A DNA stretch of 63,346 nt, counting the filler, from Licmophora abbreviata (Eukaryota), in NCBI GenBank assembly GCA_900291995.1. It is 28 parts of 28 records of this genome, joined end to end, with 100 filler letters (N's around TTAATTAATTAA, not from the genome) between each part and the next. Parts side by side here need not be neighbours in the genome. Positions count along the whole stretch, not along the records: positions 1 to 1,586 come from OLMU01002764.1; positions 1,687 to 4,295 come from OLMU01002765.1; positions 4,396 to 5,863 come from OLMU01002766.1; positions 5,964 to 8,007 come from OLMU01002768.1; positions 8,108 to 9,395 come from OLMU01002769.1; positions 9,496 to 11,426 come from OLMU01002770.1; 22 more parts are not named here. One strand, 5' to 3'. The notes under the pieces are model-generated. The model was not told where the DNA came from, made no database searches, and saw only the letters and a program-made list of their open reading frames with translations. Shown piece after piece: positions 1 to 10,478 of this stretch (its first letter is position 1; the number at the start of each line of letters is the position of its first letter). The position numbers and the translations under genes are program-made.

Positions 1-1146
1 CCCCTCGAAGCTGCGTGTCACCTGATAGACGCGGCCGCCCTCGTCATAGCGAAACGGAATTTCCTCGTCACCCGACCCATGCAGGAAGACCTGCTGCACA
101 TGGGCGGGCAGGTCCTTCCATCGGGCATTGCGGTCGAACTCGTAATGCTTGGCGATGGATTCGATAGTCTGCAGGAAATACGGGCTCTTTCCCTTGCGCC
201 AGGGCGCGATCGCCCCGTCGCTGATCTTGAGCGTGCCATCCGGCACCACCAACCGCTCATCGAAATACAGCTCCGCCCCCAGACCGTCGCAATCCGGGCA
301 GGCGCCGAACGGCGCATTGAACGAAAAGAGCCTCGGTTCGATCTCGGGAATCGTGAAGCCGCTCACCGGACAGGCGAAGTTTTCGCTGAACATATGGCGC
401 TCCGGCTCGCCCTCGCCTTCCTTGGGCGCGGTCTCCAGAACGGCGATCCCGTCCGCCAGGTCCAGGGCCGTCCGCAAACTGTCCGCCAGTCGCGTCTGCA
501 AGCCGTCCTTGACCACGATCCGGTCCACCACCACGTCGATATCGTGGCGGAACTTCTTGTCCAGCTTGGGCGGATCGTCCAGCTCGTGGAACGCGCCATC
601 CACCTTGACCCTCTGGAACCCCTGCTTGCGCAGCTCCAGCATCTCCTTGCGATACTCGCCCTTGCGGTCCCGCACGATGGGCGCCAGAAGATAGGCGCGC
701 GTGCCCTCCTCCATCGCCATGATCCGGTCCACCATGTCCTGCACCTGCTGGGCCTCGATGGGCTTGCCGGTGGCAGGGCTATAGGGCGTGCCGACGCGGG
801 CGAACAAAAGCCGCAGGTAATCGTAGATTTCCGTCACCGTGCCCACGGTCGAGCGCGGGTTCTTGCTGGTGGTCTTCTGCTCGATGGAAATCGCCGGGCT
901 CAGCCCGCTGATATGATCCACATCGGGCTTCTGCATCATGTCCAGAAACTGCCGCGCATAGGCACTCAGGCTTTCGACATAGCGCCGCTGCCCCTCGGCA
1001 TAGATCGTATCGAACGCAAGGCTCGACTTGCCCGAGCCCGACAACCCGGTGATCACCACCAATTCATTGCGTGGAATATCCACATCTATAGACTTGAGGT
1101 TGTGCTCGCGCGCGCCGCGCACCTCGATATTCTTCAGCTCGGCCAT
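1..1146 (-). CDS. uvrA: Excinuclease ABC subunit A, 5' part (runs off window)
   Basis: Read manually from ATG at 1146: [68 protein letters not shown], the UvrA N-terminus with Walker A. Absent from the ORF track because no stop lies in the window. Confidence 0.97.
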   Translation of the reverse strand, partial: MAELKNIEVRGAREHNLKSIDVDIPRNELVVITGLSGSGKSSLAFDTIYAEGQRRYVESLSAYARQFLDMMQKPDVDHISGLSPAISIEQKTTSKNPRSTVGTVTEIYDYLRLLFARVGTPYSPATGKPIEAQQVQDMVDRIMAMEEGTRAYLLAPIVRDRKGEYRKEMLELRKQGFQRVKVDGAFHELDDPPKLDKKFRHDIDVVVDRIVVKDGLQTRLADSLRTALDLADGIAVLETAPKEGEGEPERHMFSENFACPVSGFTIPEIEPRLFSFNAPFGACPDCDGLGAELYFDERLVVPDGTLKISDGAIAPWRKGKSPYFLQTIESIAKHYEFDRNARWKDLPAHVQQVFLHGSGDEEIPFRYDEGGRVYQVTRSFEG

Positions 1147-1211
1147 GCCTGCCCCCGTAAAAGCTGCCCTACAGATAGTGGAGCGCGCCGAGTCGTCCAA
1201 GTCAAAAAAGT

Positions 1212-1226
1212 GAACATTACGTGAAC
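1212..1226. promoter_or_regulatory. Alphaproteobacterial LexA (SOS) box GAAC-N7-GAAC upstream of uvrA
   Basis: GAAC ATTACGT GAAC about 65 nt upstream of the uvrA start; exact match to the alpha-type GTTC-N7-GTTC motif. Confidence 0.88.
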
Positions 1227-1285
1227 ATGCGCCCAAGCGCCTTCGCCGTCTCCGCATTCCGCGTGCAAATGCGCCGAAACCCGCT

Positions 1286-1586
1286 TTATTTCTGCGCCAG
1301 CGCCCAGGAACAAATCGGAAAATCCGGCTCATTGGTCAGATCGTCCCGGTCCCGGTCATAGGCCGGCGGCCAGGGCGTCTCGAAATTGCGCAGCGCCGCC
1401 GCCCGGTTGCCCCATTGCCCGGCGCGCACCTTGTCGGCGTCGAACCCCGCCTCGATCAGCAGGTTCTTCAACCCCCGCGCCGTCCAGCGCGAACAATCCA
1501 CCGGATCGCCATGCCAGGGGATGTAAAACGGCACCGCAACCCAGAAATACCCCCCCGGCCTCAACATCTCCAGCACGTTGCGGGTG
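1286..1586 (-). CDS. Class I SAM-dependent methyltransferase, C-terminal fragment
   Basis: [33 protein letters not shown] is typical of type-11 methyltransferases; 5' end lost in gap. Confidence 0.65.
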
Positions 1587-1686
1587 NNNNNNNNNNNNNN
1601 NNNNNNNNNNNNNNNNNNNNNNNNNNNNNNTTAATTAATTAANNNNNNNNNNNNNNNNNNNNNNNNNNNNNNNNNNNNNNNNNNNN
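1587..1686. other. Artificial contig spacer (44 N + TTAATTAATTAA + 44 N), first of 27 copies
   Basis: Identical 100-nt blocks start at 1587, 4296, 5864, 8008, 9396, 11427, 14461, 16113, 17383, 18791, 20815, 22117, 23588, 25433, 27854, 29469, 30633, 35348, 42247, 44362, 45571, 46732, 49139, 50567, 54372, 59277 and 61930. The insert gives stops in all six frames. Confidence 0.98.
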
Positions 1687-1759
1687 TCTTCTGGCCCCAA
1701 ATATCCCGGGGGAGTCGATCAAATCCCCCCGGGATTTGATCGGCGGGGGCCGCGCCCCC
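1687..1759. repeat. Small palindromic intergenic repeat, family A, copy 1
   Basis: TCTTCTGGCCCCAAATATCCCGGGGG, then hairpin GTCGATCAAATCCC/GGGATTTGATCGGC, then GGGGGC-CGC-GCCCCC. The same head and tail occur at 23408 and 27085. Confidence 0.75.
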
Positions 1760-1770
1760 ACCTTGCCCGC

Positions 1771-3165
1771 TCAGATATGGATCACCCGGTCATAGGCATC
1801 CAGAACCGACTCATGCATCATCTCGCTCAGCGTCGGATGCGGGAAGACCGCGTGCATCAGATCTTCCTCGGTGGTCTCCAGCTGGCGGCCCACCACATAG
1901 CCCTGGATCAGTTCGGTCACTTCCGCGCCGATCATATGCGCCCCCAGTAGCTCGCCGGTCTTGTCGTCAAAGATCGTCTTGATCATCCCCTCCGGCTCGC
2001 CAAGCGCGATGGCCTTACCGTTGCCGATGAACGGGAAGCGGCCGACCCGGATCTTGTGCCCGGCCTCCTTGGCCTGCGCCTCGGTCATGCCGACACTGGC
2101 GATCTGCGGCGTGCAATAGGTGCAGCCGGCGATGCTCTCGGGCTTGACCGGATGCACCTTGTTCCCGGCGATCATCTCGGCGACCATGACGCCCTCGTGG
2201 CTGGCCTTGTGCGCAAGCCAGGGCGCGCCCGCCAGATCGCCGATCGCATAGATCCCCTCGACGCCCGTGCGGCAATGGCTGTCGGTCACCACATGGGTCC
2301 GGTCCACCTCGACGCCAAGCGCCTCGAGCCCCAGCCCTTCGGTATTGCCCACGATCCCCACCGCCGAGATCACGCTGTCGAAGTCGCGCGTCTCCACCTT
2401 GCCGCCGATCTCGATATGCGCGGTCACCTTGCCCTTCTGACGATCGAGCTTCTTGACCATGGCCTTTTCAAGGATGGTCATGCCCTGCTTGGTGAACGCC
2501 TTCTTGGCCATCCCCGAAATCTCGGCATCCTCCACCGGCAGGATACGGTCCATCACCTCGACCACGGTCGTCTCGGCGCCAAGCGTGTTGTAGAAACTGG
2601 CAAACTCGATCCCGATCGCACCCGATCCGATGACCAACAGCTTCTTGGGCATTCTCGGCGGCATCAGCGCGTGCTTGTAGGTCCAGACCAGATCGCCATC
2701 CGCCTCGAGCCCCGGCAATTCGCGCGCCCGCGCCCCCGTGGCCAGCACGATATGCGGCGCTTCAAGCTCTTCGGTGCCGCTGTCGGTCTTGACGCTGACC
2801 TTACCCTTGGCGGGCACCGTCGCCTCGCCCATGATCGCGGTCACCTTGTTCTTCTTCAGAAGGTGGCCCACCCCGGAATTGAGCTGCTTGGCGATTGCGC
2901 GCGAGCGTTTGACCACCGCCTCCAGATCATAGCCGATGCCATCGGCCTTCAGCCCAAACTCCTTGGCCCGGTGCATCAGGTGGAACACTTCCGACGAGCG
3001 CAGCATCGCCTTTGTCGGGATGCAGCCCCAGTTGAGACAGATACCGCCCATATGTTCGCGTTCGACGACCGCCACGCTCAGGCCCAGCTGGGCGCCCCGG
3101 ATCGCGGCCACATAGCCCCCCGGTCCTGCCCCGATTACGATCATGTCAAAGGATTTCGCCGCCAT
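1771..3165 (-). CDS. lpdA: Dihydrolipoyl dehydrogenase (E3)
   Basis: GAGPGGY FAD motif, GGICLNWGCIPTK redox disulfide, GSGAIG NAD motif, C-terminal HPTLSE. Confidence 0.97.
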   Translation of the reverse strand: MAAKSFDMIVIGAGPGGYVAAIRGAQLGLSVAVVEREHMGGICLNWGCIPTKAMLRSSEVFHLMHRAKEFGLKADGIGYDLEAVVKRSRAIAKQLNSGVGHLLKKNKVTAIMGEATVPAKGKVSVKTDSGTEELEAPHIVLATGARARELPGLEADGDLVWTYKHALMPPRMPKKLLVIGSGAIGIEFASFYNTLGAETTVVEVMDRILPVEDAEISGMAKKAFTKQGMTILEKAMVKKLDRQKGKVTAHIEIGGKVETRDFDSVISAVGIVGNTEGLGLEALGVEVDRTHVVTDSHCRTGVEGIYAIGDLAGAPWLAHKASHEGVMVAEMIAGNKVHPVKPESIAGCTYCTPQIASVGMTEAQAKEAGHKIRVGRFPFIGNGKAIALGEPEGMIKTIFDDKTGELLGAHMIGAEVTELIQGYVVGRQLETTEEDLMHAVFPHPTLSEMMHESVLDAYDRVIHI

Positions 3166-3186
3166 CACCGACTCCGCTTCAGATTT

Positions 3187-3204
3187 TAGTTTGACATTAA
3201 ACTA
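3187..3204. promoter_or_regulatory. Palindromic candidate operator TAGTTT-N6-AAACTA upstream of lpdA
   Basis: AT-rich inverted repeat with perfect 6-bp arms, about 20 nt upstream of the lpdA start in a GC-rich genome. Confidence 0.45.
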
Positions 3205-3226
3205 TCTGACGCAGGATCACAACGCA

Positions 3227-3345
3227 GGACAGCACCCGACGCCCTTTCGGGCGGCATTCAAGGGGGTTAACCCCTTGACGCTGATGATGATATTTCCGGT
3301 TTTCCCCGGTTTCCACCGGTGACGCCCACCACAGCCCTCAGGCCG
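3227..3345 (-). ncRNA. Candidate structured RNA (lpdA leader or 3'-UTR-derived sRNA)
   Basis: Three helices on the minus strand: GCUG-UGGUG..CCGGU/ACCGG..CAUCA-U-CAGC, UCAAGGGG/CCCCUUGA, and GCCC-GAAA-GGGC. The G-U pairs and GNRA loop favour the minus strand. Confidence 0.4.
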
Positions 3346-3347
3346 GC

Positions 3348-3932
3348 TCAGGCCGCGGCCGCCGCCTGGAATTCACGCAAGGTCGTGCCATAGCCGCCCT
3401 TGGCGACATAGTCGCGCTCATGCCCGGTGCTCGCGCGCTCCAGCGCCTCGTTGCGATAGGGGAAGCGGCCGAACTTGCGGATCACCTCGCGATGCGCGCG
3501 GGCATGCAGCAGATTGTCGGCGCCGGTCTCGGGCATCCGCTCGCAGATCAGCCGCACGCAGCGGTCCTGATCGCACAGGTTCTCCGAATGCATCAGCGGC
3601 AGGTAATAGAACTGCCGCGCCGGCTCGTCGATGCGCATGTCCCATTTGCGGTGGATCGCCGCCTTGGCCACGGCCAGCCCGATCCGGTCGGTGGCAAAGG
3701 CACGCCCCTCGCCGCGGAACATATTGCGTGGGAACTGGTCGGTGAGGATGATATAAGCCAGCGTGCCACTCGGATAGGTCAACCAAAGAGCATGGGTGCC
3801 CTCACTGGCGCCGCGCCATGTGTCTTCGAACCGGTCCCGGATCGTCTGATCCAGCGCTTCGGTCGGGTTGTACCAGCCCTCCGGCCCAACCTCGTCCAAC
3901 CAGAAACCCAATACTTCCTCGGGCGCTACCAT
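3348..3932 (-). CDS. DUF924 family protein
   Basis: Motifs LAYIILTDQFPRNMFRG, FYYLPLMHSE and VIRKFGRFPYRN. Confidence 0.9.
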   Translation of the reverse strand: MVAPEEVLGFWLDEVGPEGWYNPTEALDQTIRDRFEDTWRGASEGTHALWLTYPSGTLAYIILTDQFPRNMFRGEGRAFATDRIGLAVAKAAIHRKWDMRIDEPARQFYYLPLMHSENLCDQDRCVRLICERMPETGADNLLHARAHREVIRKFGRFPYRNEALERASTGHERDYVAKGGYGTTLREFQAAAAA

Positions 3933-3971
3933 AGGGTCCTCCTTGTGGCCGCTGACGGCCTCAACCTCATG

Positions 3972-3987
3972 TTACAAAAACGTTAAC
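3972..3987. promoter_or_regulatory. Possible CtrA site (TTAA-N7-GTAA on minus strand)
   Basis: TTAC AAAAACG TTAAC, one mismatch from TTAA-N7-TTAA, upstream of the DUF924 gene. Confidence 0.3.
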
Positions 3988-4067
3988 TTGACTTGCGCCG
4001 CGAAAGATAGTCACGAATTACTACAATCTAAGGGGTATGCGTGACGTTAGCGCAACCGTCGGCGCAT

Positions 4068-5446
4068 TTACGCCGATCCGTGCGGCGTGTTGGCCGCCGC
4101 CTCTTCGGCCTGCTCGGCCTGTTCCAGCGCATATTCCTGCGCCGCCTCCACCGCCACGACCGATGCGCTGGCGGGCAGCGCGGCGAAGCTTTCCGTCTCG
4201 CTGACAGCCGGGGCCGCGCGCTGCGTCATCCGGTAGGCGGCATAAACCGCCATCGTCAGGGTCAGCACCGCGACGATCAGGAAAAACGCCGACGGNNNNN
4301 NNNNNNNNNNNNNNNNNNNNNNNNNNNNNNNNNNNNNNNTTAATTAATTAANNNNNNNNNNNNNNNNNNNNNNNNNNNNNNNNNNNNNNNNNNNNCCCAT
4401 CTTGCCCATCGCCCAGCCGGTGATCGGCGGTCCGGCCACAGCACCCAGACCGTTGATGAACAACAACCCCCCGAGGCCGCGGCCATGTCGTCGCGCTCGA
4501 GAAAGTCGTTGGTATGGGCGATCAACAGCGAATAGAGCGGGTTCGACATCCCCCCGATCAGCACCCCCGCCACCAACAGCATCGCAAAGATTTCCCCCAG
4601 CAGGAAGCCGATGATCGCACCGCTGGCACAGACCAGCGAGGCCGCGAAGATCAGCACCCGGCGATCCATCCGGTCCGACAGCCAGCCGATGGGATATTGC
4701 AGCACCAGCGCCCCGACGAAAAACGTCGCAACGAAGGTCGAGATCTGCGCCACGCTCAGCCCCGCCTCGGCCCCGAAGACCGGCGCCATCCCGAATTGCG
4801 CCGCAAAGACGCCCCCCAGCAGGAACATGCCCACGCAGCCAAGCGGCGAGGTGTCGAGGATCTGCCGCAAGGTCATCGGCTTTGTCGTCCCAAACGCGGG
4901 CGTCGGACTGATCGACAGCAGGATCGGCGCAAAACTCAGCGACACCAGCACCGACGGGATGATGAACAGCACGAAGCCGCCCGGATCGGCCACCAGCATC
5001 AGCGCCTGCGCGCTCACGATACCGACCATCTGCACGATCATATAGGCCGACAGCGCCTGCCCCCGCGTCTCGTTGGTGGCCGAGTTGTTCAGCCAGCTTT
5101 CCGCCGTGACATAGACGCCCGAAAAGCAGAAACCGATCAGGATGCGCCCTAGACCCCATGCAATCGGATCGGTAAGCGTCGGATAAAGGATCATCACCGC
5201 TGAAATCAACGAAGCCAGCGCCGCGAAGACCCGCACATGCCCCACCCGCCGGATCATCTCGGGCGCCATGCGCGACCCGAACAGGAAGCCCACGAAATAG
5301 CCCGTCATGACCAGCGACATCGAAAAGGTCGAAAAACCCTCGATCTCGCCGCGAATGCCCAGCAACGTGCTTTGCATGCCATTTCCGACCTGCAACAACA
5401 TCATGCCCAGCAAAAGCGCCCATGCGCCGTTCAGAACCTGCAGCAT
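4068..5446 (-). CDS. MFS transporter (YcaD-like); split by a gap and an apparent one-base frameshift near 4470
   Basis: Multiple TM helices, GWLSDRMDRR MFS motif. Adding one G to the G-run restores DMAAASGGLLFINGLG. Confidence 0.85.
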
Positions 5447-5509
5447 CCGTCAAACTCCGCACAGAAGGGGTGCCGGACCCGTCCGCCACCCTTCCGGCCT
5501 GCCAGCAAA

Positions 5510-5863
5510 TCAGCCCGGGATCAACAGTGAAGCGTCCCCGTAGGAAAAGAACCTGTAGCGGTTTTCGACCGCGTGATCGTAGATATCCTTGATCCGCTCC
5601 TGCCCCATCAGCGCCGAAACCAGCATCATCAGGGTGGATTTCGGCAGATGGAAATTCGTCATCAGCGCATCGGTCACCCGAAACGCGAAGCCGGGATAGA
5701 TGAAGATATCGGTCTCGCCCTCCCAGGGCGCGATCGCACCACCGCTGGCCTGTGCGGCGCTTTCGATCAGCCGCAGCGCGGTGGCCCCCACCGGGATCAC
5801 CCGCCCGCCCGCCGCCTTGGTGGCGGCGATCTCGGCGGCGGCAGTCTCGCTCACCCGGCCCCA
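5510..5863 (-). CDS. queA: S-adenosylmethionine:tRNA ribosyltransferase-isomerase, 3' fragment
   Basis: [39 protein letters not shown]. Confidence 0.95.
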   Translation of the reverse strand, partial: WGRVSETAAAEIAATKAAGGRVIPVGATALRLIESAAQASGGAIAPWEGETDIFIYPGFAFRVTDALMTNFHLPKSTLMMLVSALMGQERIKDIYDHAVENRYRFFSYGDASLLIPG

Positions 5864-5963
5864 NNNNNNNNNNNNNNNNNNNNNNNNNNNNNNNNNNNNN
5901 NNNNNNNTTAATTAATTAANNNNNNNNNNNNNNNNNNNNNNNNNNNNNNNNNNNNNNNNNNNN

Positions 5964-8792
5964 CTCCCTGTCGGTCGAGAACGTGCGGCTGCCCGGCGCC
6001 GCCGCCGGCACAAGAGTCAGGGACATCTCTCCTTGCCTCGCCTGCCGCAAAAGCCCCGCCGAGGCCAGCACCGCACCAGCATCCCCAGCCATGATCTGGA
6101 ACGCGCTGCGCCCGTCTTTCGGCACGATGCTGCCCGTGATCGCAGCCCCCTCGTTCACCCTTGCGGTAAAGCGCCCCGTCGCACCGCCCGCCATGTCCAA
6201 ATCGGCCCGGAAATCCGTCAGCGTGATCCCCTCGGACACCACCAGCCGATCCAGCGCCAGCGACACCGGCCCGCCGCGCCGCGGCCCGCCGCCATCTGGG
6301 CCGCGCCCATCCCCGGCAAGCGAGGTGCGGCGCAGATCGACCATGCCGCCGGACACCAGAATCTGCGGCGCGCGATCCGCCCCCGCCCCACCAGATCGAC
6401 CGGCGCACTCAGCCAATCGCCGAGCCGCACCCTCGAAAACCGCGCCCGCTCCAACGTGCCATCCGCTTGCAGGCTCACGCTACCCTGCGCCTGCAGCCCC
6501 CCTGCATCCAGCGCCACCAGATCGATCTGCGGCGGCGCGCCAAGCGTGCCCGACACTTCCAGACTGCCCCGTGCCTCCGCCGCAAGCGCCCAGTCCAGCT
6601 CGGGCAGCCTGAGCGCCACACCCGCCAGATCCGAACGCAGCGTGAACTGCCCCGGCGTCCCGCGCGGCAACACGATCTCCACATCGGCGCGCCCCTGCCC
6701 GGCAAGGCTCCCGGGCGGCAAACCGACGCGGAACTCATCCACGAACCGCTCCGAAAGCTCGATCCAGCCGCTCACCCGGCTGGTGCCATCGGCCTCCGGG
6801 CCAAGCGCGCTCTGCCAACGGCCCTCGACCGGCACCTGCCCGATCCGTCCCGCGCCGCTCACGCTCACACCGGTATTGCCGGCCTTGAGATCCAGCACCG
6901 GTGCTGCGATCACCCGGCCCTCCACAAGGCTCTCGCTGCGCACTTCACTCAAGGTGCCCACCACGTCGAACGCCACCTCGTCGGGCTGCAGACCGGGCTT
7001 GAGCAGGAAATCCAGCCGCCCCGCAAGCCGCGCCTGACCATCCGCCAGCGTCACCGGAAGATTGGCCTTGGTCATGAAGCCGAAGGGCTTCTCGTTCAGC
7101 AGCGACAGCGCCGCCGTGACCGTGCTTTGTGTGCTCAGCCGCGCGCGAGCCGGGCCGCGATTGACCCGAACATCGGGGATGATGAAACTGGTGCCTGAAA
7201 TGTCGATCCGCCCGCCCTGCGCCGCCGTCACATGGCCGCTATCGGCGGTGATCACAAAGCGATTGTCACTCAACGAGGCATGGCCTGTTGCGGCCTCGAT
7301 CACCGGCACATCCTTGACGAACCGCGTCTCCAGCCCGGTGAAGTCGAAGCCCAGGAACACATCCGCCGGGCGCCCCGGATCGGCGCGCAACGCCAGCTGC
7401 AGGTTGCTCAGATCGGCGGCGCGCACATTCTGCTCGATCCACTCGCGGGTCACCGGTGTGACGCTGCGCGGCCACAACGCCTGCAGGCGGTCGCTATCAA
7501 GCGCATCCATCCGCCCATCAAGCGCCAGCCGCCAGCCCTGCGCCCCGGCGATCAGATCGCCGTTCAGAACCATCCGCGACCCCTGATCGCTCAGGCTCAA
7601 TTGCCCAAGCGTCAGCCGGAACGGATCAAGCTGCAGCCGCATGTCCATCACCGCCTGCTCGATCTCGACCGGTTCGGGATAAAGCCCCTCGGGATTGGCC
7701 CGGATATCCGTCAGGCGGAACTGACCCAGCAACTCGCTCGGCCAGCCCTGCTCCATCCCCACAAGATACGCCTGCCCCTCGGCGCGCGCCGTGACCCAAT
7801 TGCTGGTCAGCGTCACATCGCTGAAGCGCATCGCCTGATCGGCGGGATCATAGGTGAAATAGACCCGCGCCTCCGAGAACGGGATCGGCTTGGTCGCCTC
7901 GTTGGGCCGCAACTCGCCTTCGGTGATATGCAGCGTGGCATTGAGCGGTCCCAACCGCCCCTCGTCGTCGACCGACGCCCTCAGCGCCCCCCGAGATCGG
8001 CGCATCCNNNNNNNNNNNNNNNNNNNNNNNNNNNNNNNNNNNNNNNNNNNNTTAATTAATTAANNNNNNNNNNNNNNNNNNNNNNNNNNNNNNNNNNNNN
8101 NNNNNNNCGTAGTCCCTTGCGCCCAAAAGGGCCACATCGCCCCGGATCGTCAGATCGTCGCCGCTGCGCGTCATCTCAAGCCGTCCGCCATCGGCCGACC
8201 AGGCGCGCTCGGCCCGCGCATCCTCATAGCGCAGCGTGAGATTGTCGGCGCTCAACTGGCGCAGCGCCGCAAATTGCGGCCGCTCCAGCAACGCATCAAG
8301 CCGCGCGGCAAGTTCGGCCACGCTCATCGCCTCGCCGGGCTGCGACGCGGCCTCCCCGACACTCAGCCCGATCCGCCCATCGGCAGACCGGCGCAAGATC
8401 ACCCGCGCGCCCGACACGCCGATGTGCGCCGGATGCAGATCGCCGCGCATCAGAGGCCTCAGCGCCACCGTCCCGCGCACATCCAGCAGGCTGGCCAGCA
8501 TTGCCCCATCCGCGCCGCGCAGCGTCACATCGGTCAGGTGCAATTGCGGCGTCCAGTCTTCCTCGATGCGCAGCCCGATACCGCCGAACCCGATCGAAAC
8601 CCCGTCGATATCGGCATTGATCGCGGTCGTGATCCGCTCCTGCAGCCATGCCGGGGCCGCGTAATCGCGCCCCGTCGCCATCGACAGCGCCACGGCCACA
8701 GCCACGGCCAGCACCGCAAGCGTCAGGATCGACCACAACGCCGCCTGTCTGGCACGGCTTCCGCCTGCTCTGCTCTGCTGGGGTTCGTTCAT
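5964..8792 (-). CDS. Large AsmA-like/YhdP-type (DUF3971) envelope protein; split by a gap and a frameshift near 6385, 3' end missing
   Basis: N-terminal TM anchor, long beta-rich sequence, ALWPxxVTPVTREWI segment; lies between queA and bcp as usual in this family. Confidence 0.7.
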
Positions 8793-8901
8793 TCGTCTCG
8801 CTCGATCGGTCCGGTCGCCCGGACCAAATGCCTGATGCCTTTAATCCGGCGTGTCCTGCCCTAATATGACCCCGAGTCGCAGCCATAACAAGGAAGACAC
8901 C

Positions 8902-9390
8902 ATGCCAGATACCGGCGCATCCGCTCCCGATTTCACCCTGCCCCGCGATGGCGGCGGCGAGATAACCCTCTCCGCCCTGCGCCCCGCGCCGGTCGTGCTG
9001 TTCTTCTATCCGCGCGACGACACGTCCGGCTGCACCAAGGAGGCCATCGCCTTCACCACGCTCAAGGCCGATTTCGAAGCCGCAGGCGCGCAGGTCTTCG
9101 GCATCTCCAAGGACGACATCGCCGCCCATGACAAGTTCCGCGACAAGCACGCGCTCGAGGTGCCGCTCCTGTCCGATGCCGACTCGGATGTCTGCGAAAC
9201 CTACGGCGTCTGGAAGGAAAAAAGCATGTATGGCAAGAAGTTCCTTGGCATCGAACGCTCCACCTTCCTGATCGACGGCGACGGGCAGATCGTCCGCGTC
9301 TGGCGCAAGGTCAAGGTGCCCGGCCATGCCGAAGAGGTGCTCGACGCGGTGCGCGCCCGCCCTTCTGAAAACGTTGAAACAGCGAGGTGA
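8902..9390 (+). CDS. bcp: Thioredoxin-dependent peroxiredoxin BCP
   Basis: APDFTLP, VVLFFYPRDDTSGCTKEA, GIERSTFLID; AGGA RBS before ATG 8902. Confidence 0.93.
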   Translation: MPDTGASAPDFTLPRDGGGEITLSALRPAPVVLFFYPRDDTSGCTKEAIAFTTLKADFEAAGAQVFGISKDDIAAHDKFRDKHALEVPLLSDADSDVCETYGVWKEKSMYGKKFLGIERSTFLIDGDGQIVRVWRKVKVPGHAEEVLDAVRARPSENVETAR

Positions 9391-9495
9391 GCGAANNNNN
9401 NNNNNNNNNNNNNNNNNNNNNNNNNNNNNNNNNNNNNNNTTAATTAATTAANNNNNNNNNNNNNNNNNNNNNNNNNNNNNNNNNNNNNNNNNNNN

Positions 9496-10288
9496 GGTGC
9501 TCTCCACCGCCGATGGCCGCGAAAGGACCGCCCTCTCGCGCCGCCATGCCGCCGCGTGGTTCGCCGCCCGCGACGCAGGCACCCCCCTTCCCATCGGCAC
9601 AGCACAGCCCCCCCTGCGCCCCGCGCGCCCTGACCGCCCCGAGCTTCTGGATCCGCGCGACGTGCCGCGCCGCCGCCCCGGCAGCGCGCAGGGCCGGCTC
9701 GCGATCCTGCATGCCGTCGCCCATATCGAGCTTAACGCCGTGGACCTGCACTGGGACATCATCGCGCGCTTCGGCCATGTCCCCATGCCGATTGGCTTCT
9801 ATGACGACTGGGTCAAATCCGCCGACGAAGAATCCAAGCATTTCAACCTGATATGCGACTGTCTTGACGCACATGGCAGCCATTACGGCGCCCTTCCCGC
9901 CCATGCCGGCATGTGGCGCGCCGCCGAAGACACGGCCCTGGACCTGATGGGCCGCCTTGCGGTCGTGCCCATGGTACTCGAAGCCCGTGGCCTCGATGTC
10001 ACCCCCGGCATGATCGAGATCTTCCGCAAGGCCGGCGACACCGCCGCAATCGAGGCGATGCAAGTGATCTACGCCGAAGAGGTGCCCCATGTCGCCTACG
10101 GCTCGAAATGGTTCCACTTCCTCTGCGGCCGTGAAAACACGGACCCCACACAGGCGTTTCACAAGCTTGTCCGCACCTATTTCCACGGCGCCCTCAAGCC
10201 ACCCTTCAACGAGGAAAAGCGCGCCGAGGCCGGAATTCCCCCGGATTTCTACTGGCCTCTGGCCGATCAGCCCCCTGCTAAAGCATAG
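9496..10288 (+). CDS. Ferritin-like DUF455 protein, 5' end in gap
   Basis: LHAVAHIELNAVDL, DEESKHF, VLEARGLD, EEVPHVAYG diiron-type motifs. Confidence 0.88.
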
Positions 10289-10478
10289 GCAAGCCCTTGG
10301 GGATCGGCGATTTTTCGCCGCTCCGGCAACAATACGCCCATTTTCCGGACATCATTGCCCAAAAACCTTGCCCTGAGCGGTTCCACTCGGTAAGCCATTT
10401 TTTGCAGGCGTCCGGTCACAAAAGATGACCAGTTGCAACAAACGCCGCGATTGAGAAGGGTTACAAGGGACCGTCGTC

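Noticed and set aside
79..1224. 381-aa plus-strand ORF and similar long antisense ORFs (2056-3189, 25477-27015, 40293-41888, 50848-52620, 57287-58363)
   Set aside because: Shadow frames of recognisable genes on the other strand, expected in high-GC DNA; no motifs.
3227..3345. 6S RNA, tmRNA or tRNA (contains CCACCA)
   Set aside because: No T-loop, tag reading frame or end-to-end 6S rod could be found; retained only as an unknown structured RNA candidate.
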